A stretch of DNA of 64,000 nucleotides, taken from the NCBI GenBank assembly GCA_026936335.1, contig JAPMXV010000046.1, positions 62,001-126,000 on the forward strand. Direction: 5' to 3'. Every line of letters begins with the position of its first letter. Position 1 is the first letter of the stretch. The notes beneath the pieces are model-generated. The model searched no databases. It was not told the DNA's origin and worked only from the letters and a program-made list of their open reading frames with translations. This stretch comes from Mantamonas sphyraenae STR306 (taxonomy: Eukaryota > Protista > CRuMs). The position numbers and the translations under genes were made by a program. Below are positions 11,301 through 23,107 of the stretch, one piece after another.

Positions 11301-12052
11301 ACCTTTCCCTCGATGGGTTCCGGGTCCAAACGCTCTGCAGACGATCTCCTTTCTCCCTGAGACCGCCTGTATCCGTCGTACTCGTCGTCGCCTCGGTCCA
11401 TCTCTTCGTACCGGCGTTTGCGCGATCCACCCTCGTCCCAACCACCCGCAGAGCCTCGTTCACTGCCATGGGTTTCACGTGGATATCCACGTGACGACGA
11501 CGAGGAGGAAGAGGAGGAAGAGGAGGAGGAGGAGGAGGAGGAGGACGAAGACATCTCGCCCGCGGAATGCGCGCCCCGTTCTCGCGACGCCTCCCACTTA
11601 CGGGCTTCCTCCTGGGCAATCTCCTCGATGGTGATGGGCTGTGTGTTGGGCAGAGCCAGCTGTGGCACTTGCTGGGCGACTCGCTCGCGACGCTCTCGTT
11701 CCTCATTGCTCAGGTGGGCCAAGTTGGAGGAGCCAATGACCATGCCCTGTGCCCCGGACGAGGAGGAAGAGGAGGACGACGCGGACGAGCTCAGTCCGCC
11801 GCCTGGATTGCTCAGTAGTCGGTTGCCTCCCATTTCCTGGATGATATTGTACAGGTTGTGCGTAAACTGTCCCGGGTAGCTGCTCCCGGTCATGCTCTCC
11901 AGCATGGCGCCAAACTCGTGGCCGCTCCCACACGATTGTGCCTGTTCGATCAGAAACTCCGCCAGGTCCTCGTCATCCGTGCCCATGTGGTTCTTCACCT
12001 CGTCGCGCACCCGTTTCACCAACGCCAGGTGCTGCAGGTCTGCCACCGACAT
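8342..12052 (-). CDS. DHX8: Pre-mRNA splicing DEAH helicase Prp22/DHX8 (intronless, ~1236 aa)
   Basis: N-terminal PWI-like region, S1 domain, [32 protein letters not shown]-terminal WRISR. Confidence 0.95.
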   Translation of the reverse strand: MSVADLQHLALVKRVRDEVKNHMGTDDEDLAEFLIEQAQSCGSGHEFGAMLESMTGSSYPGQFTHNLYNIIQEMGGNRLLSNPGGGLSSSASSSSSSSSGAQGMVIGSSNLAHLSNEERERRERVAQQVPQLALPNTQPITIEEIAQEEARKWEASRERGAHSAGEMSSSSSSSSSSSSSSSSSSSSRGYPRETHGSERGSAGGWDEGGSRKRRYEEMDRGDDEYDGYRRSQGERRSSAERLDPEPIEGKVYEGRVRNIKEYGAFVLLLGVDGHREGLLHVTQMPQPPGSQGRVVAEEAVARNQVLKVKVQSINGHKISLTCKDIDQRTGEDLSIQDYSANQGPLMKVDPQTALANMAFSSSNSGSNPSYPGSSASSSSSSSTVRSTLDFGTKTPYGQHESKRARKHMTEQDRWELKQLVQAGVLDPRDNPLFDEETGELQQEDLENQEEVEVELIEVAPTFLRNHEKVVQDFSPVKVVAMQGSMADAAERQMELARERREMKMAEQQAAMDAVKQDVTTPWIDPMPQGGRHLAEELQGEGYQAAMAPKEEWKDNAYGKNVSFGKVSTQSMAEQRAGLPIYALREALMDAIKEYQILVVIGETGSGKTTQMTQYLVEDGLVDARHRVGCTQPRRVAAMSVAKRVAEEMGVIVGAEVGYSIRFEDCTSKETVIKYMTDGMLLRECLVDSSLSQYSVIILDEAHERTIHTDVLFGLLKAAAAQRPDLKLIVTSATLDAEKFSRYFNNCPIFRIPGRSYPVEVMFTKDAEADYLEAALITVMQVHLQEPPGDILLFLTGQEEIDTACQILYERMKALPSSVPELIILPVYSALPSEMQTRIFEPTPRGKRKVVIATNIAEASLTIDGIYYVVDPGFAKQNVYNAQMGMDSLVVTPISKASAQQRMGRAGRTGPGKCYRLYTESAYNNEMLPNSVPEIQRTNLGNTVLMLKAMGINDLLHFDFMDPPPMQTLVAAMESLYHLEALDEEGLLTRLGRKMAEFPLEPAMSKMLIKSVDFGCAEEILTIVGMLSVQSVFYRPREKQAVADQRKSRFFQPEGDHLTLLAVYNAWKRNNCSNAWAQENYVQSRGLRRASDVRLQLANLFSRFSLPIESVGKDWVSVRKAIVSGMFRNVAKRDPQEGYRKLVDNQVVYIHPGSSLFGKNPEWVVFHTIRETTKAYMNECTMIKPEWLTELAGKFYKSADASQLSKRKRQEKIVPLYDRYAEHQDAWRISRLRQFRK

Positions 12053-12106
12053 GCTCTCGAGACGGCTTGTTTGGCCCTGCCCTCGCTCCGCCAGCCGTCT
12101 CCCCGC

Positions 12107-13019
12107 ATGTCCTCCACCATCCTGTTCCAGGACATCTTCCTGGTCAAGAGTGTAGATAAGGATGGCAAGAAGTTTGACAAAGGTCCGTGCTGCGCGCTGC
12201 CCACATGCCCTGCTTCCCTCCCCGGTCCTGCCTCCCGTGCAACATCCTGCCCCACCACTTCTCGTCTCCATGCTTGCATGCTTGCATGCCCCAACCTCCT
12301 CCCCACATGTCACCCTCCCCTCCCTATTAGTCACCCCACACCCCGTTGTGTGCCACACGCACTCCATTGTTGCCGTGCGGCAAGCCTCCGCCTCCCGAGT
12401 CCGACCACTTGCATTTCGCCTACCCGACCCCACCCTCTCTGCACCATTCGTACGCCCGTTTTCATGTAGGCACCGGGTGCATCTATGTGCATTGTACACT
12501 CCACACCCGTCAGCAAGCCTCCATGTGTCCATGCCAGCCCTTGCGGACCGGCTCCACTGTGTTCTCTCTGCAACCACGCGCTGACACCCGGCGTTTCCCG
12601 CCCCTTTGCCTACCTCCTACCACGTGTTGTCCTGCTCAGTCTCCCGTGTCGATGCACTCGGCGAGAATTACGAGATGGAGTTGACGCTGGATCTGCACTC
12701 CGACCTGTATCCTGTCAAGGAAAACGAGCGCTTTGCGCTTGTCCTTGCCCCCACTCTCTCCACAGACGGTACCCTGGACGAGGGCAAGTACGACCCGCAA
12801 ATGTTCGACTCGTCTTCTCTCATGAACGAGTATGAGTATGTCATGTACGGCACCGTGTACCGCTTCGAGCAGCAGGACAAGGGGTCCCAAAGCTCCAACA
12901 TCACCATTTACGCCTCCTTTGGCGGTCTGCTCATGTGTCTCGCCGGCGACTACCGCAACCTGCAGGGAATCGACAAGGACGCCAGTCTCTACCTTCTCAT
13001 GCGTCCCGCCACAGGGTGA
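12107..13019 (+). CDS. RPB8: RNA polymerase I/II/III shared subunit RPB8; exons 12107-12182, 12640-13019
   Basis: [20 protein letters not shown]|VSRV..., [20 protein letters not shown]; GT-AG intron 12183-12639. Confidence 0.95.
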
Positions 13020-13093
13020 GCGTGTGGAACAGCGCCGCAGAAGAAAACTCCACGTCCATTTCTCCATCCAGCTCTCCTTCACAGATCCTTCCC

Positions 13094-14369
13094 TCACAAC
13101 TCCTCCTTGTGATGTGCTGTGTCCTGGCTGGTCTGTCCAGCTTGGCCGCCCTGCTGCTCGCCAATCTTCTCCCGCACCAGTTCTTGCCGTTCCAATTGGT
13201 TGGCAAACTCCTCCGTGTGTCCACCGTGTGCAAACGGACTCTTCTTCTCAATCAGCCCGCGAGCCACGCTTGCGTAGTGCACACGGTCGGCCATGTACTC
13301 CATGAAACGCTGCTGCGTCTCCGAGTTTGGATCAAACCAAAAGTTGGCCGCCACGCTACGGCCCACACTGCGCACCTCGTGCCACCAGTTGGACGGCAAG
13401 TACAGGATGTCTCCTTTGGCCACTTCGATGCGTGTCGGCGTGGCGTGACGGTACAAGGGGAAGCGGCGCAGGTCCACGTTGTTAAAGTCTGTGATCTCGC
13501 TCAAGAGAGCACTTTCACGGTCCCTTTCCACCGGGTAGATGTAGTTGGTGTCTGCAGGCTCAAACAGCAACAGCTGCTTCTTGCCGTCCATCATGCACAG
13601 AAGGTTCTCGTGGTTGTCAAAAGTGCAACGGCGTCACCTCGTCACCGGCTCCAATCCACACGTTGCTGGCGTGCGGAGTAAGGAACGCGGCAATCTTGGG
13701 CATGGGCACGTCGCCCTCCAGGTGCATCAGCTCTCGTGTTGGGTGCTGTGCAAGGTACAAATTGCGAGTGCGGTTCGGCGATCGGTACTCGTCCAGAAAG
13801 TCGCGGAAGCGCATGCGAGTCAGCTTGACCTTTTTACCATAGAAGTGCATCACGTTGGTGTCGCTCAGCGTCGGCTCCACCCACGTGTCGCCGAGGTTGC
13901 GTCGAAGGAACTCGTCCGTCCACTTTCGGGTTGAGCCCCACTTGCGCGTCCCTCCCTTGATGATCACCGGCCGTCCATGGCGCACAAAGTCGCGGTAAAA
14001 TACTTGCATGGTCATTTCCTTGGCAGGCACTTCCGGCACGTAGATGTTGCCGTCCTCGTCGCGGGGCGTGTCGAACACAGGAAGCAAAGGGCACCCTGCC
14101 AAATCCCAACGCCGCACGTCCTCAGCTCGCTGTGGATCGTCGCCCTCCACCTCCTCATCCTCTGACTCGCTTCCTGATTCGCTTTTAGCGTCCTCATCAG
14201 AAGCACTGGCGCCTGCCACTTCGTCATTGTCATCGGTCGCCTGAGGGAGTTCCTCCGCGGCGTCTGCTTGCGCTGCAGCCGCGGCCCCCATCACGACGTG
14301 CATCATCAACGAGAACAAAAGAAGGATAAAGAAGCCTGTCTCTGCGCGGGTTCGCTTGGACGGTGGCAT
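13094..14369 (-). CDS. JmjC/cupin-8 2-oxoglutarate oxygenase with N-terminal signal/TM and C-terminal KEEL; one apparent +1 indel at 13619-13622
   Basis: FYRDFVRHGRPVIIKG, NVWIGAGDEVTPLHF|DNHENLLC (HxD), GDILYLPSNWWHEV..VAANFW; the two ORFs join on removing one T. Confidence 0.8.
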
Positions 14370-14436
14370 GAGAGAAAAGAAAAGGTGTGTTTGCGGCACG
14401 CGCCGCCGCGCGAACCAAACCCATTTCTCGATCCTC

Positions 14437-16457
14437 ATGAGCAGCCGAACGTCGCACACAAAGGTGTTTTGGTCGCGTCCTTCGATCACAGGGCCATCTC
14501 CACCCGCACGCACGGCGCATACAACCACAGTGGACTCTGAAGGGCAGCGGCTGTACATCTTTGGCGGTTGGAATGGCAGCAAAATGCTGGGAGACCTGCA
14601 CATGCTGGAGAGCGAGAGCACAACCTGGTCGCGATGCAAGTACAGTGGTGACTCGCCGTGCTCACGTGCCGGACACACGTGCACAGCCGTGGAGGACAAG
14701 CTGTACTTGTTTGGCGGTGGCGACGGCTCAAACTACCTCAACGACCTCTTTATGCTGGACATCGAGAGCATGGTGTGGTCGCGTGCCTACGTGGCAGGCT
14801 CGACACCCTCTGCGCGCTCTCGACACACGGCCACTCTGGTGGGGTCCAGGCTGGTTGTTTTTGGAGGTGGCGACGACACCCGTGTGTACAACGACGTCTA
14901 CCTGCTTGACCTGGGTACGTGGATGTGTGCCTGTGTGTGCCTGTGTTTTGTTTCACGCCTGTGTGTGTGTGTGTTATGGAGACATGGTGGATGGAACTGG
15001 AGAGGGATGCCCATGCCGTCTCCGGGTGGTTGCTGAACAGGAATGGCCCTCTGTTGCACCCGGCGTTCCTTTCGGCGCAACCGGGGTCTGTTCACAATGA
15101 CTGACACGACACACGGGTGCAACACACGCGAAACCGCTGCGAGGACAGAAACAATGGAGTGGACACGGCCACAGATCAACCAGCAGCAGCCGCAACCTGC
15201 AGCACGCTGGGGACACACCGCCACGCTGATCAACAATGACAAACTGGTGATTTTCGGCGGACGCGACGGCGAGCGCATGTTGAACGATCTGTGGATCTTG
15301 GACACCGATTCATGGAACTGGTCGCAGCCGTCCATGAGCGGCGAGGTGGCTGCGCCGCGGGCTGGCCACTCTGCTTCCTTGTACAAAACGTCTCTGTTTG
15401 TGTTTGGCGGCGGCGACGGCTCGGACATGCTCAGTGACATGTGTGTGCTGGATTTGGAGAGTATGCGCTGGACCAACGCCAACATCAAAGGCCAGCAGGT
15501 GCCAGCAGCCCGCAGCGCTCATTCGGCCAGCGTCCTCGACGACAAAATCTTTATCTTTGGCGGAGGAGATGGCACGCGCCGATTCAAAGATTTGTACATG
15601 TTTGATGCTGACAAGTATATCAAGGCGCAGGAGGAGGCGGCCAAGGAGCAGGCGCGAGCAGAGAAGCGTCGCCGACGCGCAAGCATGAACGCAGGCGAAC
15701 TCGAAGTCGATCCGCTCGCACAAGGTAGGTGACATCGTGGGGGAAGTGGACGTGAGTGGACACATGGCGTGGCAGACACTCACACTCTCTCGTTTCAGTG
15801 TTTCGGGAGGCAATGGGGGCGCGCAATGTGGACGAGTGGCTGGACGCTCTGGGCTGTTCCCAGTTCCAGCAGATCTTCCGAGAGAACGAAATCGACATGG
15901 TGACCATCCCGTTGCTGAGCGACTACGATCTGCTCAGCATGGGCGTGGTTGCTGTGGGTGCACGACGCAAACTCATGCAGGCTGTGGAACACCAGAAGAA
16001 GCTGAGCAGCTCGCTGAGCGGCGGCTCATCAGGCGGAAGTGTCTCGGGTGGATACGACAGCAGCTCTTCTCCTCACCAGTCGGGCGCCTCGTCGGACACG
16101 GGCAGCAACAGCAAACGGCCTCGCTCGCATTCGCAGAGGCGCTCGCGAAGTGACATTGCTGTGCAACAGCAAAAGGTTGAGCATGAAGAGACGCTCAAGA
16201 GACTTGTGATGGTCACCGAGACGCTTAGCACATCCATGATGCAGCTGAGTGGGGCCATGATCAAACTTGCGGAGGAGGTCAACGGTATCCGGCTTCAGCA
16301 GCAGTTTCTCATGCAGTCTCCAAGCCCTTCCGCATACCCTTATGCACCGGCCCCTTTCTGGGACATGTATGCACAGGCTGCACAGGCACAGCAGGACAAA
16401 CCAAACTCGCCGTCCGTCGGCAACAGCAAATCCATGACTGGTCCGGGTCCATCGTGA
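14437..16457 (+). CDS. Kelch-repeat beta-propeller + SAM-domain protein; exons 14437-14914, 15149-15724, 15799-16457
   Basis: Six PxxRxxHT...FGG kelch repeats, then SAM (VDEWLDALGCSQFQQIFRENEIDM..LLSMGV..VGARRKL); GT-AG introns in frame. Confidence 0.85.
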
Positions 16458-16579
16458 ACCATGGGTCGTAGAAGCCACAATACACCTCGTTGCCCGAGTC
16501 ACACTTTGGTTGGCGTGGGAGGGTGACGCACACGGAAGCACAGAAACCCAAACAACCACCCCCCCACACACACTTTGTC

Positions 16580-19500
16580 ATGTCAAATGCCTCGCCGTCC
16601 GTTAACCAAGACTGGGTGCCTACCCAGCGAGCAGCGTTCACTACAGTGATCCAAGAGGAGTTTGGCCAGGCCAACCGGTCGCTGAGTGACCTCGACGAGC
16701 TGAAGAACGGCGCCAAGCTGGCCGAGCTTGTGGAAATCATGTCCGGCAACGCCGTGGCTTATAAGAAGGGCGACAGCAAGTTCCAGAACCGCGAGACCAT
16801 CGAGAAAGCGCTCACCGTGGCCGGCGACGAGTTTACGCAGAACATCTCGGTGGATGGTAGGTTGTGGGCGTATGTGGGCGTGGCGTCGACGTGGCTGATC
16901 GCGTTTCCCCTCTCGGACGTCTGGTCCGGCCGCACACAGGCGAGGGCGCTTGTGCATGCGCTGTGGACGTGAGCCATACCCTCCCACACACATGACTAAC
17001 TCGGCCTTTGTACGCGTAGCCATCGAGAAGGGTGATGAGAAGGCCATTTTGAGCCTGGTGTTTGCGCTGATCAGGAAGTACCGCATGGTGGGCATGACCA
17101 ACGCCAAGCAGGTCAAGAAATGGGCCAAGGCCACCCTGAAGGACTTTGAGGGGCTGGACCAGATCAACTGGAAGGGAGAGCAGTTCACCAACGGCCTCTT
17201 CTTTGCCGGTCTCACTGCGTACCTCGACCCGGAGGGCTTCCCGTACGAGGAGAAAACCAAGGTGGGTTTAATTGGTGTGCCAGCCCTGCGCCGTTTGCGG
17301 CCCCTGTGCGCGAGATACAGAGATGCACACATGTGTGCAAGACAGCACATGGTCTCTCGTCTCGTGTTGCGGCACATGCGTGAGTGTGTCGTGTGCAAAC
17401 AGTCTGCATGCATGTGCGATGCGTCGCTGTCGGTGCGTCCTGCCCTCTTTTGCTCACGAGATTCTTTTCATGCGCACAGGCTCTGCAAGGAGAAGCTCTC
17501 ATCGCGGCAGCGTTCGAACACGCCGCCACCAAGGGCGTACCTGCCATCCTGAGTGTCGAGGACAGTGTGGCTGGCAACTTTGACCCCAAACTGCTGGACA
17601 TGTATGTTGCCCAGGTGCGTGATCGCAAGGAAAACGGAGACCGCGTGGTGTCGGTGTCTACTGTTGCCGACAACAGCAGCAGCAGCAACAAGCAGCAGCA
17701 GCAACGACAACGACAACAACAGCAGCAGCAGCAGCAGCAGCGACAACAGCGCAGAGGTGGCTGAGCTCAAGGCAAAGGTCGCCACGCTGGAGGAGCAGCT
17801 TGCAGCTGCAAACAACGCCAGCGGGGACAACGACGCACAGCTCAAGATTCTTCAGGACAAGAACAAGGAGTTGGAAGGGTCATTGTCACAATCGCAAAAG
17901 GCACACGACGAGCTCAAGCAGCAGCTGGAAACGCAGGCAGCCAACTCGGCCAACGCCGACGCCGAGCTGCAGAAACAGCTGTCCACCCTTCAGGACACCC
18001 TCAAGGACACACAGGCTGCAAACCAGGCTCTGGAGACACAGCTGGCAGACGCCAAAAAGGCCTCGGAGGAGACGCAGGCCAAACTGGACGCAGCCACAAG
18101 CAACGCTCAGGGAGCAGAGGCGCAGCTGCAGGAGCAGGTGAAGAAGCTGCAGGCCGACGTGGAGGCTGCCGGTAAGGCCAAGACCGACGTGGAGGCACAG
18201 CTGGCAGAGGCTACCAAGCAGAGTGCCGCCCTGCAGCAGCAGCTGGAGACGCAGGCAGCCAACTCGGCCAACGCCGACGCCGAGCTGCAGAAACAGCTGT
18301 CCACCCTTCAGGACACCCTCAAGGACACACAGGCTGCCAACCAGGCTCTGGAGACACAGCTGGCCGACGCCAAAAAGGCGACGCAAGAGGCGGAGGGCAA
18401 GCTCGCTACAGCCACAAGCAACGCTCAGGGAGCAGAGGCGCAGCTGCAGGAGCAGGTGAAGAAGCTGCAGGCCGACGTGGAGGCTGCAGGGAAAGCCAAG
18501 AACGAGCTGGAGGCACAGCTGGCAGAAGCTACCAAGCAGGGCCAAGGTCTGCAACAGCAACTGACCAAGGCGCAGGCCGAGGCAGCCGATGCAAGCAAGA
18601 AGGCGACGCAGCTGGAGAGCGCAGTGGAGGCAGCCAAGGCAGAGACAGCCAAGGCGGAGAAGGCCGCGGGGCAACAGGCGGATGCCTCGTCCAAGGTGCA
18701 GGAGGCGCTTGCGGCAGCCGAGGCCAAGCTGGCAGATGAAACCAAGGCACACAAGGACGCCGAGGCAGCATTGGCACAACAGAGCAAGCAGAACGAGGCG
18801 CTGAACAAGCAGGTGGAAGCGCTGGAAAAGGCCAAGGCAGAGTCGGAGGCCAAAGCTCAACAGGCGGGCAGCGACGCAGCGTCGCAGCAAAGGAAGCTGG
18901 CATCGACGGAAGAGGAGTTGAAGAAAGCCAAGAAGGAGCTGAACATGCTGAGCGAGTCCAACAAGGATCTGGAGTACGAGAAGGAGGCGTTGCAGCAGAA
19001 GCTGTCGAAGAAGGAGAAGGAGGTGGAGGCACGCGTGGCCGAGGTGCTCAACGAGGCGAAGGAGCTCAAGGCAGACCAAGAGCTAATCGAATCGCTGAAG
19101 AAGGAGCTGAAGAGCGCACAGGAGGCAGCGAAGCAGGCGGAAAATGCAGAGAAGGACGCACGCGAGTCGAAGCTGGCCAGCCAGCGTCACCTGAACGAAG
19201 TCAACGCGACGGTGAAACAACTGCGCAGCAAGCTGGAGTCGCAGCACAAGCGCTTTGCCGAGGTGAATGCCATGCGCAACAACCAGGTGAACGAGTTGTC
19301 GGAGGCCAACCGTCAGGTCAAATCGCTGAAACGCAAGTACCTGAGCATGCAGGAGCAGTTGGCAGCCAAGACACGACAGCTGGCAGCGACGGAGGAGATG
19401 AAACACAGCCACGCACAGCTGAAAAAGCAGGTGGGCAAGCTGGAAGTGGCCAACAAGGAGTGGAGCTCGCTCGCCAGCAAGGTGGAGCGTGAGGTTGACT

Positions 19501-19859
19501 CTGCGCTGACGTCGCTGGAGCAGGTGACAGGCGTGAGTGTAGGCCGCAGCGGCGACGAGGCAGGCAGCAGCGACGCGCCGACTATGGTGCGCCGTGGCAA
19601 GAACGGCGCTACGTCGGGCCATGGCAAGGGCAAGGCTAAGAACGAGTTTGCAGACCGTATTTGGAAGGCCACCAAGGAGCTGTCGGAACAGTCGCTGGGT
19701 ATGGCCAAGAGCACCAAGCAGGTGAGCAAGACAACTCCTAAGCGCCAGACTCAGGACCAAGGCGAGACGATCAAGAGCGTGATTATTATGGTGCTGGTTT
19801 GTTTTGTGCTGTATCTCATGTACGTGGGTGCTTGCCCGCAGACCGTGGACACGGTGTGA
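16580..19859 (+). CDS. Tandem calponin-homology (actinin-type) + long coiled-coil + C-terminal TM protein; exons 16580-16856, 17020-17261, 17480-19859; apparent +1 indel at ~17690
   Basis: CH1 (WVPTQRAAFT..DLDELKNGAKLAELVEIMS..GDEKAILSLVFALIRKY), CH2 (KKWAK..FTNGLFFAGL..GVPAILSVED), ~600-aa heptad region, terminal hydrophobic helix. Confidence 0.75.
17918..18553 (+). repeat. Intragenic 318-bp (106-aa) tandem duplication, 2 copies
   Basis: QQLETQAANSANADAELQKQLSTLQDTLKDTQAANQALETQLADAKKA... recurs at offset 318 with near-identical DNA. Confidence 0.92.
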
Positions 19860-19957
19860 GCTGAGCCACGAAAAGGGAGGCGCGGCGGGGAGGAGTCCGG
19901 AGTCGCAGAACGTTCTGGCCGCCACCCACGCACGCAATCTATTTTGAATTTCCCCTC

Positions 19958-21039
19958 ATGTCATCCGACGGTAAGCATAGTGTGTATTCTTGCAAGATTA
20001 TGGCGTGGTCCACACGCTGCTGCTTGGCCGCGTTTGGCTTGCCTGGGCAATCGCCCCGCGCTCGGCCACGTCGACCACGAGGTTTGGCGCACGGTTCTCT
20101 CGATGTGGCCATGCACACGCTCCATATTATGCATTGCCGTGTTACACGTGTGTTTGTAAAAGCAGAAAACTGCGTCCCAGGTTGCGTACATGCACAGGTG
20201 CATTCAGAACGGACCGGGTTAACATGCGGGCGGCAGAGGGAAATTTGCGCTTGGCGACCAAAACGCGTCTGCGCGGCTACTAACACGTCGGCCGCGCCAC
20301 ACACACGGTTTGGATACACTGTGCAGCCGCATCCACGGCCTCAAACGAGAATGCGTTTGTGGATGCGCGCGACGAATTTACGCCAAACAAACGTCTGAGT
20401 GTGCAGGAGATGGAGGCGCAGTTTGACGAGCTGCAAAGCGCCCCCCTCGCTGGACAGGGATCACAGGAGGGCGCAGAGGATAGTGAAGGCGAAGGAAAGC
20501 AAAGCCTGAACGTAAAGCTGGAGGAGGCAGTGAAGGACGGCCTGAGCAGCAGTGTGGAGCAGCAATTGTTGCTGGAGAAAAGGGAGGCTGTGCTCGTGTA
20601 CCGCCTGATGGCGTTCCTGGAGCACCTGTCCGTGCACGACCCAGACTTGCCCTTCAACGTGAACGAACGCAAGTTGACGGCATGGGACATCCGCAAGATG
20701 ACCTTCTTCTCACACGACATGGAGTCGGAAAACCTGGTGCAATGCGTAAAGGATCTCTTTGCTTTGGACGACATGGCCGCCATTGTCCGGTCTGTACATA
20801 CTGACTGGCAGGCTGTGTTGCAACAAGATGAGCTCCTCAGTGCCGAGCTGGCCAACCACCGCCTGAGTTCGTCAGCCCTTGCCACGGCCAACTCGACCGG
20901 AAGCCAAGAAACGGAAGGCAACGGCCACGGATCAACAAACGCGAGCGAGGACAACGACGACGATGAGGATGAAGACGACGACGAGGATGATGAAGAGGAC
21001 CAAGACAGCAACGACACAGAAGGAAAGAGCAAAGCAGGT

Positions 21040-21071
<32 letters not shown>

Positions 21072-22995
21072 TTCGGGCACGTTTCCCAACCGATCGTACG
21101 GCACGACGTGCCTGGACGCCGACTTTGAGGACGAACTGTTTGACGCACACCTGGTACTGCTGGAGATCCTGTTTTCCGTTCAGGAGCATCTGAACCACCA
21201 GGACAACGTGAACGAGTACACAGTGCGCAAGCTGCGAGACGAGGACGACGTGCTTCGCAACGAGCCGTCGGACCAGCTGGAAAACTTCCTTCAGGAGTGG
21301 CACCTGGACAAGTACGAGCCCCTGTTTGCAGACCTGGACGAAGACAAAATGATCCACCAGCAGTGGAAGCGATGGAGGCGACTGTACATTTGGAACGACC
21401 CTTCGTGGATTCTGAGCGACCTGCCCGACGGTGTGGGCCAGCAGATCGTCGACAGGCTCAACTTTGTCATTACGGCGCTGATGACAGGGCGTGCCAGCAG
21501 CTTGCTGGGCGAGGATCCGATGGTGGAAAACGGCCGCGGAGCACCTGCCAGCAAAGCATCGCGGTCTGGCAGCGGGAAGGAGCGCAAGGCAAGTTCAGGC
21601 AACGACAGCGTGCACAGCAACGACAGCGACACAAGCACAGCCAGCAACACAACAACAGGCAGCGGTGGAGGGGCAACCGTCAGCAACACCGGCAACGCAA
21701 GCGGTGGAAAGAGCCACAAGCGAGGCAAGTCGATGAGCGAAGCCACGCGGCAGCGGGTCAACAAGCAGCTGTGGAGCGAAGAGCAGATGCGCGAGGGAGC
21801 GCAAAAGCCCGACGTGGAGGCATTCCAGATCAAAGACGATGGTGACGACATGATCTTTGTTTACCACGACACAAAGATGAACAGCGCCGAGGCCAAGTCG
21901 CCCAGCTTCCAGCGCTTCCGTGCATTCCGGCACCTTTCGCACAACAACCAACTGGGTCACTACGGTCTGGTCAAAATGCTGCAGAAGCACGTGGGCCCGC
22001 TCACAGTGTCCGGCATCACCAACTTCACACAGATTTTCCTCGTCGTCCGCGACCGTTTGAGGCTCAAGGGCTGGCATCAGGGCAAGCACCAGCGCCATTC
22101 CATCCACACTCTGGACGAGAAAATGCACGAGCTGCGACGCCTGATTGCATTGTGGCCTCCGTTTCTGGAGTGTGCAGATGCGTTTACGCAAAGCAAGGCG
22201 CCGTGCAAGCTGCGTGTGCACGAACACCCCAACTATGGCTTGTTGTACGACGACACCATGGCCACCCTGCGCCAGTATTACTACGACTCGGGCCTGGATC
22301 TGAAGGAACTCAGCAAGGTGCGCATGGAGCCGCGGCGTGGGCGAGCTCTGCGCCGCTCCAAGTCCAACTCGAGTGTAGGTGAGCGCAAAGCGAACCACAG
22401 GCGAGCACGCAACCGCAACCGACTGTCAGATATCGACGCAGCGACCACAGACAACGAGGACGAGTATGTGATGTCGCGTAGGCGCAACGACTCGTTGTGG
22501 AGCACACGCTCGAGCGACAACGGCGCCACGCTGTCGAGCACGGCAACAGCAAGCAACTCGCAGGTATTGAGTGCAGCCGAGGCAGACGGCAATTGGCGCA
22601 ACAGCTCGGGCTCGTCTGTGGCGTCGCTGAATTGGCGTGACAGCGGAGACAGCTGGCTGAGCCGCAGCAGTAGCCAGAGCAGCGAAGTGGGGGGTGTTCA
22701 GGCGAGCAGCTTTGGAGCACACAGCACGGGAAGCAGCTTGGGAGCACACAGCACAGGCAGCAGCCTCGGCGCAAACAGCACAGGCAGCAGCCTTGGCAGC
22801 CGGGGAAGTTGGCGCAAGAGCACAAGCAGCCGCAGCAGCCGCAGCACAGGCACAGAGGGCGATTTTGAAGACACCTTCCTCACCTGTCGCCTCTGCGGCA
22901 AGGAATTTATGTTTGGCACGCGCGACCAGGCCTTTTTCGCAAAGCGAGGCTTTGAAGCGCCGAAAAAGTGCAAAAAGTGTCGCAAGACTCGCTAA
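19958..22995 (+). CDS. Uncharacterised ~890-aa protein with C-terminal zf-trcl-like zinc ribbon; exons 19958-19970, 20327-22995
   Basis: ATGTCATCCGACG|GTAAGC donor joins in frame to the TGCAG acceptor at 20326; C-terminus LTCRLCGKEFMF..DQAFFAKRGFEAPKKCKKCR. Confidence 0.7.
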
Positions 22996-23005
22996 AGTAA
23001 GCAAT

Positions 23006-23075
23006 GCAAATGCAAAAGGATCATCCCCAGGACCAGTTGCAAATGCAAAAGGATCATCCCCAGGACCAGTTGCAA
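23006..23075. repeat. 33-bp direct tandem repeat x2 (GCAAATGCAAAAGGATCATCCCCAGGACCAGTT)
   Basis: Exact copies at 23006-23038 and 23039-23071 in the convergent intergenic gap. Confidence 0.9.
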
Positions 23076-23107
23076 GACCAGTTTCATTGATCACTCCAGC
23101 ATGGGCC

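Noticed and set aside
8768-11494. Long antisense ORFs (908 aa here; also 23486-25966, 26258-27802, 56862-58535, 60848-62869)
   Set aside because: They are shadows of GC3-rich real genes on the opposite strand and have no recognisable motifs.
12053-12577. N-terminal extension of the Prp22 ORF to 12577
   Set aside because: It overlaps RPB8 exon 1 and its intron on the other strand; Prp22-like sequence starts at ATG 12052.
23006-23075. CRISPR-like repeat (33 bp)
   Set aside because: The copies are adjacent with no spacer, there are only two, there are no cas genes, and the context is eukaryotic.
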